64,000 nt of DNA from Paramoeba atlantica. Lineage: Eukaryota > Protista > Discosea. Every line of letters begins with the position of its first letter. The first letter of the stretch is position 1. The stretch lies in contig CDRNVI010000045.1 in assembly GCA_977017575.1 (NCBI GenBank), forward strand, positions 124,001-188,000, written 5' to 3'. Below the pieces are notes generated by a model. That model ran no database searches and was not told the DNA's origin. It worked only from the letters and a program-made list of their open reading frames with translations. A program made the position numbers and the translations under genes. Below, piece after piece: positions 10,001 to 19,749 of the stretch.

Positions 10001-10672
10001 GTGACGCAATTCAAATGTTGAAGTCTGCATGTTGGCAGAGGCGACAGGCGGATAGACACAAAACGTATATTTCAAGTTTTCGCACGAAACTTGAGGAGAA
10101 GTCTGGTCACATTCCAATAAACTCTGTAAGAGTGTCACACAATATTCAATACAAGCCATTTGAATTTCTCTGCTATTTGTTGTAGACATCAAACGAGATA
10201 CTTCTTGATGAAGATTTTGAAATTCGGTCCAAACAGGTTGTGCAAAAGAGCCTAAACAGGAATTGTGGAGTAACACGCGGAATAATGTGCAATAGGTCAA
10301 ACTGAAACACTTCACTCCCAAAATCAAGATGGATGTCTCCTCTGAAGAAACGAATTCTCGTAACGCGAAAGATAGAAGCATCATGGCTTGCAATCCCATA
10401 TTCTTTGAAAAAAGCGAAATCAAAGCGTGCAGAAAAGTAGAAAGTGTTAAAAGTTCGTCCTGCGATGCACTCTCAAGTAAATCACACACCTCGTTTAATA
10501 CTTGTAACACAAATTTATCTGTTTCGGAACTCTGCGATTTCCAGGGTTCAAGACTTTTGCCTCCTTCCCTTTGAATATGCTGCTGAAATTCTTGTAAAAT
10601 CCGCAACCCATCGGCTCTTGATTCGCGCTTTCGGAGAATAGGGATCAAGTCCCTTAAAGTGGTTACATTCAT
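7076..10672 (-). CDS. SYMPK: Symplekin/Pta1-like cleavage and polyadenylation scaffold
   Basis: 1198-aa HEAT-like protein; C-terminal LLPLLPFL...FSRALRDLL...PEELLLLLH and LPPVFMTTV...VIPELV..GVW resemble the Symplekin_C domain. Confidence 0.75.
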   Translation of the reverse strand: MNVTTLRDLIPILRKRESRADGLRILQEFQQHIQREGGKSLEPWKSQSSETDKFVLQVLNEVCDLLESASQDELLTLSTFLHALISLFSKNMGLQAMMLLSFALREFVSSEETSILILGVKCFSLTYCTLFRVLLHNSCLGSFAQPVWTEFQNLHQEVSRLMSTTNSREIQMACIEYCVTLLQSLLECDQTSPQVSCENLKYTFCVYPPVASANMQTSTFELRHNVLSAESYAETYEDLLYRIWLLILRQGQAQQVISAALDAFRLLYVTRPMARRFVTYVTLHLERILHDASNDQQLPGLNFITTSEAWKSLMQQCNRDKDELMAAKHLIDEFYLCLHAGQTNNVAHKYIELLPFHTLVNDSLKKLYLKMSEKTSHGQVQLKEMKAIIHQPVPSSLSDVPLGQTLDFLPATKGRADELAHTQMVTSAARHQVSHLLTEEMLQGYTELRGAEEQERAGALFSRMLLHCGEPFTSLLLDKLFGRLHDAFSVYWGLAVQILYTLYGAQCPILDVRNVPVEAQFLVDEGIGVVENDAEHSLPGESIKQEPFSDGHGEPTQSGAAYSQYHTGGLSFLYETQQPTLHDLFLVRFMWCSLEISTSSATPKLPETYGSSLLSSVLLCSPAITPFVWKFFHQHICEALSPSSAASESAGVAKDRNIALLRLRTASGLRALFELMRHRGPYRLKSLQLLLHYAMSEIEPLRVGAVKLLARHVWNDPILGSLSPLNNGDENCPTRCSLASMIVNHAKQSFRNLLSPMPEMSMGMENSEEKAVKDKLRGEIARLCALLFELCKGDTSYLADIFEVGGELHTRGAALVEETFLDLPELAQLFAVYASETGWYTFLLLAPESSSRLIQRVVDIMATALRNTFRKEKQSAETPPRTVVPASLPISLLVAVCTQLHTRHHHDIHYLLPLLPFLPPSLLRSTYLPQLPPLATSHPSAFSRALRDLLLPVAETSRPVFSPEELLLLLHTPEAIPPACSLTTALHTLLQFTGSPPVGVDTVTHPRGVRNLQERSSSSGSSATATTSSSATSKSSSSTTTTTTATRTGVPLYSAERLAGSLQQLLKRVPLPPVFMTTVSLAVRLHPGTLVPWCSAQVIPELVARGVWERRGGGEGGEGQQQQQQEAQQQVWRDTVSYWEEHFPKTVGDLVTLPQRAARRVSEESPALVRKVMEWVGSDEGRSAERGVVDSLCALFHL

Positions 10673-11159
10673 GCTAATAATGGAGTTCTTTAATGAGGGT
10701 ATAACTAGATAATAGTGACCACAAACTTTATTAATGAAGTATTTGTATCAAACTCATAATTTTAATAAAAACTCGCTAGAAATAGGAAAAATGTTTTAGA
10801 ACTCGCTAGAAACAGGAAAAAGATTATATACTTTTAGAACGTTATACAGGGGTGTAAATTTGGATGTGGGGGGGTCTAAAATTTGTAAAATTTTGGAAAA
10901 TACATACCCCTGCCGGGTAAATGGGTAATTACCCACGTGGTGGTAAACGCGGGTAATTTACCCGGGTCATTGATCCATTTACCCGCTTTCACCCAGATTT
11001 ACCAACCAACCATACGATCCCGTACTAGAATAAAGCTCGATGACTGTGCCAACTTTGCTGAGCAAGTTGTCGCTACAGAAACAGTATCTCAATCCATAGA
11101 AGGAAAAATCCGTCTTTCATTCGGTTTCCCCCCTTTCCTATCCCCTAAACCAAACAATT

Positions 11160-11505
11160 TTGTTTTATTTTTTTTTATTTTTTTTATTGCAATTAATAAG
11201 GGGGGAGAAGTATGAATCGCGGCATTGCCTCTATATTTTGACCCAGTAGACGAACCAAGTAGGTCCATTGGGGGGGGTATACGAGTTAAAAACAAGCAAT
11301 CAAATTAGCAATTCTTTTTGTTTCCACAGATGTACCTTTTGTTTTTTCTCAGCCCAAAACTAGCAATTTAATCTCCCCTAAGTATATACTACAAACAAGA
11401 AACAGTAAAAACTAAAACAAGCAATACAGACCCAATCCATTCGCGCGTTCCGGACCGGGTCTTTCGACCACTCCACGGCCTGACTTGTGAACCCTTCCCT
11501 TGCTA
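11160..11505 (-). repeat. Dispersed repeat modules shared with 30112-30338 and 30494-30530 (probable retroposon 3' ends)
   Basis: GGTATACGAGTT.AAAACAAGC...GAACCCTTCCCTTG (about 230 bp) is near-identical to 30111-30336. A T-run plus GCAATTAATA.GGGGG...GTATGA matches 30494-30530. Confidence 0.75.
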
Positions 11506-11657
11506 TTTTATTTTTTTTATTTTTATTTTTATTTTTTTATTTTTTTCTTGACCTGGCGGGCTAATCCCCGCTTCATACAGTACTAATACTATACTGTATA
11601 GTAATCACTGTACTAAAATCAAATACAACTACTGCGTACAATCCACATAATGTTAAG

Positions 11658-13901
11658 TCAGTTATGTTCTGTATCTGACAATGATTCAAGCTCACTATCA
11701 TTTTCCAGCGAATCAGAATCACCTTGAGTCATATATCCTAGCTTGTCGCAATTTCCTCGCACGAATATCTGGTGCGATACAACATCGGGAGTAAGGGAGG
11801 CCTGGCGTGAGCTATACATATATCCAAGCACGGAAAGCCAGGAGTCGCACTTGTTGACCAGGGGTGGCGTCCAAACGTAGTGTACGGCAGCTTCGTAAAT
11901 CGCTGGGAACATTTCACACCCAGGACCACACCACCATTCGTACTCGTTGCTGAACTTAGACGGATCCCAACTGAAATCGAGGCATGTTAAGTATTTTTCC
12001 CACTCATCGGATGAAATACGAAAGATCGGCTGCTCGGCCGACGGACCGTCCGCATTTTTGTCAAAAACATTATTTGCTCGAGCTACCGAGATGGGGAGAA
12101 GACCACAAGGACGAGCGAACTGAACGATCCATCCGGGACGGAACCAGAGAACATCGTTCCAAAAGCGCATATTATGATTTTTTTGTAGACGAGTCTTGTG
12201 ATAAAGAAGTGCTTCTCGCATTCGCGAGGGCGCTTCGTCACTTTCGCTATGTTCGAACAAGAGCTGCAGCGTAGTTCCGACATGAGTTGCCATCGGTTTC
12301 CCCAACATGTCTGAAAATTTGTTCAATGCTGAATGCAAAACGCTGCATTGTTCAAGAAATGTAAAGCAGCTTGCTTTAATTTCCAAAGCTCCGTACCGGT
12401 CCAGCAAACGCTTACACTTAATAATGGACTTTGACGCCCGTGCCTTTTCACTTTCGCTGTACACAAATGCCGATACTGTGTCCATATTCTTCGCCAAAAA
12501 TTGCATACATGTAAACTTATCCTGACACCAGCGCGTCACACCTCCGAGCTTCGGAGTTTCGACACCCTCAGTTTCACGCGCTACTTGCAAAGCACTAATC
12601 AATTTCGGTCCATGAGCAAGAAGCTGGCGATGCTTCTCGTACCATGACGTGACATTGCATGACAGTGTGGCAATTAGAGAATTGGACATGTCCGGAGATA
12701 CCTCCTTCAGCTTTTCGAGGCATCCGATTAGAGTAGATTGTAGTTGTTGACGGCAGAAAACTGGGGCATCCTCCCCAAGGCCATGGTACGATTGACGGAA
12801 GGTTTCTTCCGCCTTCAGAACTCCCTGATCGAAGCGAGCCAGAGCGAGATCCAGAGCAACTCCCTTGTATTTCCCTTTTGCTGCACTCGCTCGTCCTCCT
12901 GAATAAAAGGACTGACTGAACGCTTTTTTGAAAAGAAAGCACGGTGACTCTTCGTAGGGCTTCAAGGTCGTTTGGCAAATGTTATTCAGCATATGACCTA
13001 TGCAAGACAGGAGTATTATCGAAGGGACACGAGAAGATATGCCTTGCTGAAGTGCTGCAGTGTCACTCTCCCCAATCGGGGAAATTTGGTCATATATGCG
13101 TTTGAGAGCTCCTTCGCAATTGTTACGTGCCACGTGATTCACAGAACTTCCGTCCGCGATCATGAATTTTAGCTTTAAAAGTCGGTGCTCACCAAGATTC
13201 GCCTGAAGAGTAAACACTAGTTGTTCGGCTACTGTTTTTCCATCAAAAGCACGATGACTAGGAGAATAAATGGGAGGTAAGACGTATTCTTCAGGGCCTA
13301 CATATAAGACGGACAATAAAATGTGCTCAGACTTTGCTCGGTCGATTCCTGCATCAACGGCAATTCCGTACACCATGTGTAAGTCAATGGCAGCGCAAAG
13401 CTTCTCCCAGACTTCGTGGGCTAAAATTTCACAGTGTTGATGCCACTTCTTCAAATTTGTTTCCGGAATAGCCTCTTTGATAACATTCGGTGGAAGGTCG
13501 GGGCGGAGATCCTCATACTTGCGAATCAGCCAAACGAATTTACTCGACGGAAGGTTTGTTAGGGTTTGTAGACATGGGAGCACCTTCCCAGCGAATCTTT
13601 GAACGGCCGCTCTCTGAATAAACGAAACCTGCGCAGTCGCCAAGCGAGCTCGCTCCACGCCCTCACGACACTTGCGTACATGCTTATGATAGACGTTTTT
13701 AAATCGGCAATGAGATTGAAACGTGCAACCCTCTGTCGTGCACACAAAGTGTACTTTTTGGTTAAGGGGGTCTGTGAGAACATCCGCGTGTTCATGCGGA
13801 CAGTTTGGCGGGCAACGAGCCAAATTAAAGTGCCCAGACAAAGACTTCACCGTCATCTTGTGCCGCTCGTTTCGCTTTGATCGCTTTGGGTCCGGGGTCA
13901 C
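11658..13901 (-). CDS. hAT-like transposase, intact, 747 aa
   Basis: AVDAG (D1), IADG (D2), SCIGH (CxxH), GVTRW, and a C-terminal WW..FPAI...PPLVNKCDSWLS dimerisation-like region; N-terminal Cys/His finger. Confidence 0.75.
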   Translation of the reverse strand: MTPDPKRSKRNERHKMTVKSLSGHFNLARCPPNCPHEHADVLTDPLNQKVHFVCTTEGCTFQSHCRFKNVYHKHVRKCREGVERARLATAQVSFIQRAAVQRFAGKVLPCLQTLTNLPSSKFVWLIRKYEDLRPDLPPNVIKEAIPETNLKKWHQHCEILAHEVWEKLCAAIDLHMVYGIAVDAGIDRAKSEHILLSVLYVGPEEYVLPPIYSPSHRAFDGKTVAEQLVFTLQANLGEHRLLKLKFMIADGSSVNHVARNNCEGALKRIYDQISPIGESDTAALQQGISSRVPSIILLSCIGHMLNNICQTTLKPYEESPCFLFKKAFSQSFYSGGRASAAKGKYKGVALDLALARFDQGVLKAEETFRQSYHGLGEDAPVFCRQQLQSTLIGCLEKLKEVSPDMSNSLIATLSCNVTSWYEKHRQLLAHGPKLISALQVARETEGVETPKLGGVTRWCQDKFTCMQFLAKNMDTVSAFVYSESEKARASKSIIKCKRLLDRYGALEIKASCFTFLEQCSVLHSALNKFSDMLGKPMATHVGTTLQLLFEHSESDEAPSRMREALLYHKTRLQKNHNMRFWNDVLWFRPGWIVQFARPCGLLPISVARANNVFDKNADGPSAEQPIFRISSDEWEKYLTCLDFSWDPSKFSNEYEWWCGPGCEMFPAIYEAAVHYVWTPPLVNKCDSWLSVLGYMYSSRQASLTPDVVSHQIFVRGNCDKLGYMTQGDSDSLENDSELESLSDTEHN

Positions 13902-14815
13902 TATCTCATCCTCAGAGCTTGATTCAGATGAAACGATCGGTTCGGGCGTACTGACTGTCGATGATCATCGTTTGGGCATGTAATAAATAGAAGATAAAAG
14001 TGCAACGCTATCAGCAAAGTAAATGATATTATGATTGAAGGAAAAAGAATCTGAGATTTTTCTGATAGATATACAAAAATAAAACATTCAAAATCATTTA
14101 AGGTACAACTTTTCAGTTCCTGTCATCGAGCGGGTAAACGTGGGTAAAGCGGGTAAATGGGTAATTTACCCGGGTAATTACCCATTTACCCGGCAGGGGT
14201 ATGAAAATAATAGCGCATTCGAGAGCTCTCGAACAGAGCTCATGAACGTAACAAGGCCGAACTAGGCACAAGGGGGTATTGCCCCCTAGACAAAGTTTCG
14301 TAATCGGCAACAAGAACCATGCACCAACTGGATTTTACGTGGCCAGGCGAAGAATAAGCCCTTTCGTAGTCTTTGCGTTCAGGTGATCGCCCACAACCCC
14401 GTCTTTGTAGCATGAATCAGGGGAGAAATCAGAAAAACTGTGCAAAATGCAAAATTTTACCTCCCAAAAAAACTATTTCTTTACGTTCACTCGAAAATCT
14501 AATTAACGCAGATGCCATGCATTCATGTTCATGAGCCCAGTTCGAGAGCTCTGGAATGCGCTATTTTTTTCCAAAATTGGCCAAGTTTTACAAATTTTAG
14601 ACCCCACATCCAAATTTACACCCTTGTATAATAATGAAACATAAGAATATGGGGGGCTGCAGGTGATACCTCGTGAAACCTTGGTGAAACCTCGCCACTC
14701 GTAGCCCCTCAAATATCCCTAGAATATAAATTTCCCTGAAATATAAATTCATAAAATACTTTATAACTGCATTAACTTTACAACTGCATTAACTGTATTA
14801 GCTTCTAAAATGTGG

Positions 14816-15286
14816 TCAAAAATCTCTCATCTGCTCATGGTTCTCATCCTCCAGGTGCACTTCAGGAAGAGCAGAATCTGCTGATTGCGTTCGTTCACCA
14901 TCTAGCTCTAAGGACATCAAATGGCGAAACCCTAATTTAGAGTGGCGTGCGTGGTGGAGAACATCTCGAAGTGGTATCCTAGGAAACAACCGATGGAAAG
15001 TCTCATGGTAGAATTCTACCAGTGCGGATAAATCCTTTAGTTCACTTCCACTCGCACCTTCAAGCCGTGGGGGATTCGCAGTGTTTCTCAATGCACGAAG
15101 GCCCTGGGGTCCAAACATCACTTTCTCGAATTGTTTACGAGAGCTATTGGGGGGGACCGGAAGTTGATCCGCCGAGGTAGATGCGACAGTTGCCCCAGCA
15201 ACTGAATTAGGCTTTTTAGCTTTAGTAAAATGTGAAACATCTGTCATGGTTGAACTCGAACTAGGCTTTCGTTCATTGACATTCAT
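14816..15286 (-). CDS. TIPIN: Swi3/Csm3/Tipin-family replication fork protection protein
   Basis: GPQGLRAL...GSELKDLSALVEFYHETFHRLFPRIPLRDVL resembles the Swi3 domain consensus. Confidence 0.6.
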   Translation of the reverse strand: MNVNERKPSSSSTMTDVSHFTKAKKPNSVAGATVASTSADQLPVPPNSSRKQFEKVMFGPQGLRALRNTANPPRLEGASGSELKDLSALVEFYHETFHRLFPRIPLRDVLHHARHSKLGFRHLMSLELDGERTQSADSALPEVHLEDENHEQMRDF

Positions 15287-15871
15287 AGCGTATAATAAAT
15301 GTAAATAAAAATCTATATTTATTTAACGTAAAAGACTAATCAAGACCTGTGCATTTGAATGAACGCAAATTCATTAATGAATGGAAATTAATTTAGTTTT
15401 AGGTATTTTCCTTTACAAAGACAGCTAGATTTACCGGTTTGTAAACAAAAATAAGTCGTCAAAGTGATCAGAGACAACGAATACCTGGCACAAATTAGTC
15501 AATACGCCGAAAGATTCACTCGAAATGGTGCAACAGGTGGCAACATCGTCGTATCTCCGTTCAAATACGCAAGAATCTAGGAATCATAGCTTGGAAGGTA
15601 TTGATGATAATGTTCCAGAAAATAATCGCATTGAGGTACAGGGGGGTACACTACAATTTGTGAAATGAGTCCATGGCTAACTTTTTTGTTGTATTCGGCA
15701 GCTCCCGCCTGGAATTATGGAGAGATACAGGTACGTAGGTAACGTAGAGCTCTCGAATCTTGTAAAAATCGGCAAAACGTAGAAAACAATTGATTTAAAT
15801 TTCATAGAGGGGGGGTCAATATGACGCAGACTGTATACGCGTTTACTTTTCTTTTGTTTTTTATCAAGTTT

Positions 15872-16422
15872 TAGGCTCTCCGTTAAACGCGGTGGTTGTT
15901 TTCAACTTAGAAGTCACTCATGCAGCGCTCTTCGCGTTGAAAATTACCACTGCGTGTAACGAAGTGCCTAAAACAGAAAAACTGGATTCGAAAGCTGGAG
16001 AAACCGGAAGGATTGTAGCCAAAAATAGCCGATTTTTGGGCAAAAATAGGGTCATCTTTGCGTATTTTTGCTCTCAGAGCACTGAGTCTGACATTTGCGT
16101 GTGGGAAATCACTCGTACGCATGAATTCAAGGCTACTGAACGTAATGGGTAGAGAATGCGACTTTAATCACACCATTCTTCCGACACAAAAAGACCCCTT
16201 TGGGTTCGAAAAATCCTTTTTCACATTTTTCAGTCAAAAATTGGTCATTTTGTGGGGCGCAGCACGGCTCCAAGAAGGCGTATCTGGTGAAAACAACGAC
16301 GTGATCTTTTTGGCATTTTTTCATTTTTAGTCGCTTCAATAAATGCGGAGGTAGTTTTCAACTCGAAGCACGCAGCATGAGTGACTTCTAAGTTGAAAAC
16401 AACCACCGCGTTTAACGAAGTT
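15872..16422. mobile_element. Remnant of the long-TIR family: palindrome, body of about 350 bp, palindrome
   Basis: The body is the reverse complement of 20130-20460; a copy of the 100-bp palindromic unit sits at each end. Confidence 0.7.
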
Positions 16423-16683
16423 AAATTCAATGAAGCACATCGAAAGTGTACAACTTTCGATGAATCTTCATCGAAGGTATTTTTCACTTTTTTTGACTTT
16501 TTTTAACTTTTTGTTTTCGAACGAATTTTTCCATTGGCAGTTGAAAACACGTTGCATGAAACATATAATTTCATTTTAAATTCAATAATTTTTTGTTTTT
16601 TTGTCTGAATTCTGACTTTCCGTTTTCTTTCACATTTTTTAATCACTAACCAACAAGATCCCCTTAACGGAAACCCGGACGCC

Positions 16684-18646
16684 ATGCTCCGCAGTTTTGT
16701 TGCTCTTCTCGAGGCGGTGACTTACCGAGAGCATAGGCGTGGCCCACTTGGGGACGCCCCAGCCACAGTTCAAGACCCCCGCCTTCTGAATCCTGCGCTC
16801 TGGCGTGACGTACCTTTACGTCCGGTTTGTACTCAGTGTCCTGCGTTCAACTGCGTGAAGCGTTGGCGCAGTGTCGCAGATATCCCCCTTGGTGCGGACG
16901 CCGAGAGTTGGATGCGAAACCACGGTTTTCTTTCTCCCTTGTCCTAGAGGTCTCCCTTGTCCTCCCTTTCTTTCTCCTCTTGTCCTAAGCACGGTGTTGC
17001 GCATACAGGGGGGTAAATCAGATGCTGCAGGGGGTCTAAAAATTGCAAAACCCTTCCAATTTTGGAAAATGATAGCGCATTCGAGAGCTCTCGCAGAGTT
17101 CTATGTTTTTGCTCTATTTTCACCCCAAAAGAAAGCAATTGTGTTTATGGCATTTCTTTTAAAGTTTGTTTGCCACTCTAAAATTTGCAGTTTTTCCCAA
17201 ATTTGCTCATTGTTTCGTTTTTTCTCCATTTCGTCGCAGTTTTATGCCGCGAAAGCGATCCCGTTCTATGCAGAACAAAGGATCTCTCTCCGATAGATCT
17301 CGTTGTTTTGGACTTTCCCCCAAAAATCCCCAGATCTTAACCCCATTGAAAACAATTGGGAAATTATGGATGCCTTTATTAAAAAAGGTACAAATCCAGA
17401 AAATAGGACTGAACTCTTGTTTTCTATTGAAAGAGCGGTTGATTACATTAAAACAAATGGTCATGAAATGCTCATTAACTTTAAACAGCATGCCGCGGCG
17501 TTTCGACATAGTAGTAGAAAAAAAAGGAGAAAGTTGTAATTATTAGTCATCTAAAACCCTTCTCACAATTTTTATGTTTTGACGTTTTTGGGCTTCTTGT
17601 CAGTTGAACATCCCCCTATACCCCGGGAAACTGCCTTTTCTAAAACATAGAACTCTGCGAGAGCTCTCGAATGCGCTATCATTTTCCAATTGGATTTTCC
17701 ATTGGAAAGGTTTTGCAATTTTTATACCCCCCGCAGCATCTGATTTACCCCCCTGTATGGTGGACGTTCCTGGAAAGTCCCACATACAAATCTGTAACCA
17801 CCGAGAGTCTGGCTCTCGAAATGCCTGCAGAATCAAGAAAGGCAAATTTGAACCTTACATTTCGATGCGCAGCCATCCCACTCCAAGTATTCTACTACTA
17901 ATCTGGGCCGACATCGCGAATCAGATGTGTACCGGCCAGATTTGTCACAATAGAGGGGTGGGTCGCAGAACTGTGCAGGAGGTTCTACACTCCGCGGCGG
18001 ATGCAGCCCTTGCTCAAGAGCAGATGGATCAATACGAATTTTCCCGAATTCAGGTTGATGAAACCTTTATAAGGAAACGGAAATATCAGCGGGGGAGGCG
18101 ACAGCGCAAACGGGGGTCGTGGTTTGCGACAGTTACCGAGATTCGAGGTCAAGAAATTTCCCAATGGGAAGAACCCATTGGAAGCTAGTGAAACGAAGTG
18201 ATACGGAAACTCTTCATAACTTTATTCTTCCTCACTTGACAAGTGCGAGGGCTGTCGTGGTTAGCGACTGTTGGGGGGCGTACACCACACTGGGTGACTT
18301 TTGTCGCCACCACGCTGTGAATCACAGCGTGGAGTTTGTGAACTCCCAAGGGTACCACACGAACACCGCTGAAGGGTCACATCGCATCATAAAGGACTGG
18401 GTGCGGAAACAGCACTACAATTTTGGTGCCACGTCCTTGGAATCGATGCGAAATGTGGCCCTTCAGTGTGCGAAGTTGGGGGACGTCCACAACGGGCGAG
18501 AGACCGCGTGGCAAGTTCGCATGGCAAACCTTTTCACGTTCTTCCTGGAATATTACGGAAGTGATGTAGATGATTTTGAGGACAGTGTCAGTTTGAGTAG
18601 TTGTCCGTCAGATTACATGAGCGAAGATGATTTCGTTTCAAGTTAG
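16684..18646 (+). pseudogene. Merlin (ISXO2-like) transposase pseudogene, split by a Tc1 insertion, a small tandem duplication and a frameshift
   Basis: SCPKH...CNH zinc ribbon restored across the insertion; IQVDETFIRKRKYQRGR, VVSDCWGAY, HHAVNHSVEFV..GYHTNTAEG motifs; frameshift near 18150; TCTCCCTTGTCCT repeated at 16930-16986. Confidence 0.8.
17006..17755 (+). mobile_element. Internally deleted Tc1/IS630-like element
   Basis: TIRs of about 110 bp (CAGGGGGGTAAATCAGATGCTGC...), TA on both sides; internal remnant PQKSPDLNPIENNW (17303-17539). Confidence 0.85.
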
Positions 18647-18870
18647 ACTGACAGTATTACAACGGATGACAATTAATATTTCCTTTTTTTGTACATAACG
18701 AACTCATATGTACATAGTTTGCTGGGACTCAGAGCTGAATCTGACTGGCTAAAACAGAACCAAGAAAAAATGAAAAAAAAATAGAAAAAACTAGTTTTGG
18801 GCGCCGAAAATTACTGCATGCAAGGATTGAATCCTCCTCAAGCCAAAGATTCAGTTCCTGTAGCCCTCAT

Positions 18871-19066
18871 CTGGAGGCAAAAGCCCCCGTTTGCGAGCAA
18901 GGCCCAACGTTGAGCGAAGCCCACTTCTGGAGGCAAAAGCCCCCGTTTGCGAGCAAGGCCCAACGTTGAGCGAAGCCCACTTCTGGAGGCAAAAGCCCCC
19001 GTTTGCGAGCAAGGCCCAACTGTGAGCGTAGCCCTGGGACATAATAATATTTTTCGGCGACCCGCG
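18871..19066 (+). repeat. 56-bp tandem repeat x3 matching the 3' terminal region of the VIPER-like element
   Basis: Unit CTGGAGGCAAAAGCCCCCGTTTGCGAGCAAGGCCCAACGTTGAGCGAAGCCCACTT starts at 18871, 18927 and 18983. A single copy with the same downstream GTAGCCCTGGGACATAATAATATT..GGCGACCCG lies at 63165-63265. Confidence 0.8.
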
Positions 19067-19749
19067 CGCTGGAGCGCGCGGGTCGCGCACCGAGAACCTG
19101 TGTTTACCCCTTCCGCAGGATTGTCGCTCAAAATATGTATATGGATCAGTCAAAAACGCTTCGATGAAGATAAACTGAAAAAACGGTGAAATTCCTATAC
19201 GAGCCTTCACAAAACACTACGATGAAGCACCAAAAAAGTCAAAATGTCTATACGGATCCGCGAAAACCCTTTCCGTGAAGATTTGAAAAAATAAATAAAA
19301 AGTCAAAAACACCTTCGATGAAGATTCATCGAAGGTGTACAACTTTCTGCTGCCGAAGAGGGGTGTTCAGGTCGAGATTGGAGTGAATTTTCTGGACTTT
19401 TCCCCTTGTCGATGCTTTACCCCTTCATCCCTCCCGGCTCACTCTCCTGGAGTGAGTTTGCTTCCCTCTCGGCTTGTGACGTGATGACAAAAGGAAAGCA
19501 ACATGTCAAAAACTTACAAAAAGTTCAGACCATATGCACTCAAAGCGGACGCTCAGGTGTCAAAAAAATCGTCAAGTGTTTTCGTCCATTGAAACAGCTT
19601 AGCTTTAGCGGGTGCGGCTTGGTGCGGCCGGGTGCGCCAAGTAATTGTAATTCTGGCGATCCACCCCTCTAATTAAGGTACCAATAATTAAGGTACCAGA
19701 AATTAAGGCAATAATTATGTGCAAAAAAAAAAGATACCTTAATTTATGT

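Larger units (their letters stand above)
10903..14203 (-). mobile_element. Complete hAT-like DNA transposon with TIRs and 6-bp TSD
   Basis: TIR CATACCCCTGCCGGGTAAATGGGTAATTACCC at 10903 and its reverse complement ending at 14203; multiple GGGTAA subterminal repeats; AAAATA duplicated at 10897-10902 and 14204-14209. Confidence 0.85.
10847..14626. mobile_element. Tc1/mariner-type non-autonomous element (TA-flanked) interrupted by a hAT-like transposon
   Basis: TA|CAGGGGTGTAAATTTGGATGTGGGG at the left end and CCCCACATCCAAATTTACACCCTTG|TA at the right end. Removing 10903-14209 restores TTTTGGAAAATAATAGCGCATTC as seen at 43495. The internal part matches 43450-44005 in reverse orientation. Confidence 0.8.
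16442..19347 (+). mobile_element. Merlin/IS1595-like element carrying nested insertions
   Basis: Inverted ends GAAAGT(T)GTACA.CTTCGATGAATCTTCATCGAAGGT at 16442 and 19347 enclose the transposase pieces; no TSD was recognised. Confidence 0.6.

Noticed and set aside
10915-11000. Telomere-like GGGTAA repeats, also at 14125-14190
   Set aside because: They are irregularly spaced, occur in both orientations and are confined to the hAT-like ends, so they are subterminal repeats rather than TTAGGG arrays.
11431-11505. Possible HDV-like ribozyme (GCGAATGG plus a GAAA-capped stem on the minus strand)
   Set aside because: I could not build P1, P2 and P3 pairings consistent with the HDV fold; only a small GGTC-GAAA-GACC hairpin is supported.
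11658-13901. Domesticated transposase gene
   Set aside because: It retains perfect TIRs and a TSD and sits inside another TE, which fits a recent mobile insertion.
18871-19040. CRISPR-like array
   Set aside because: The units are contiguous repeats without unique spacers, there are no cas genes, and the sequence matches a retroelement terminus.
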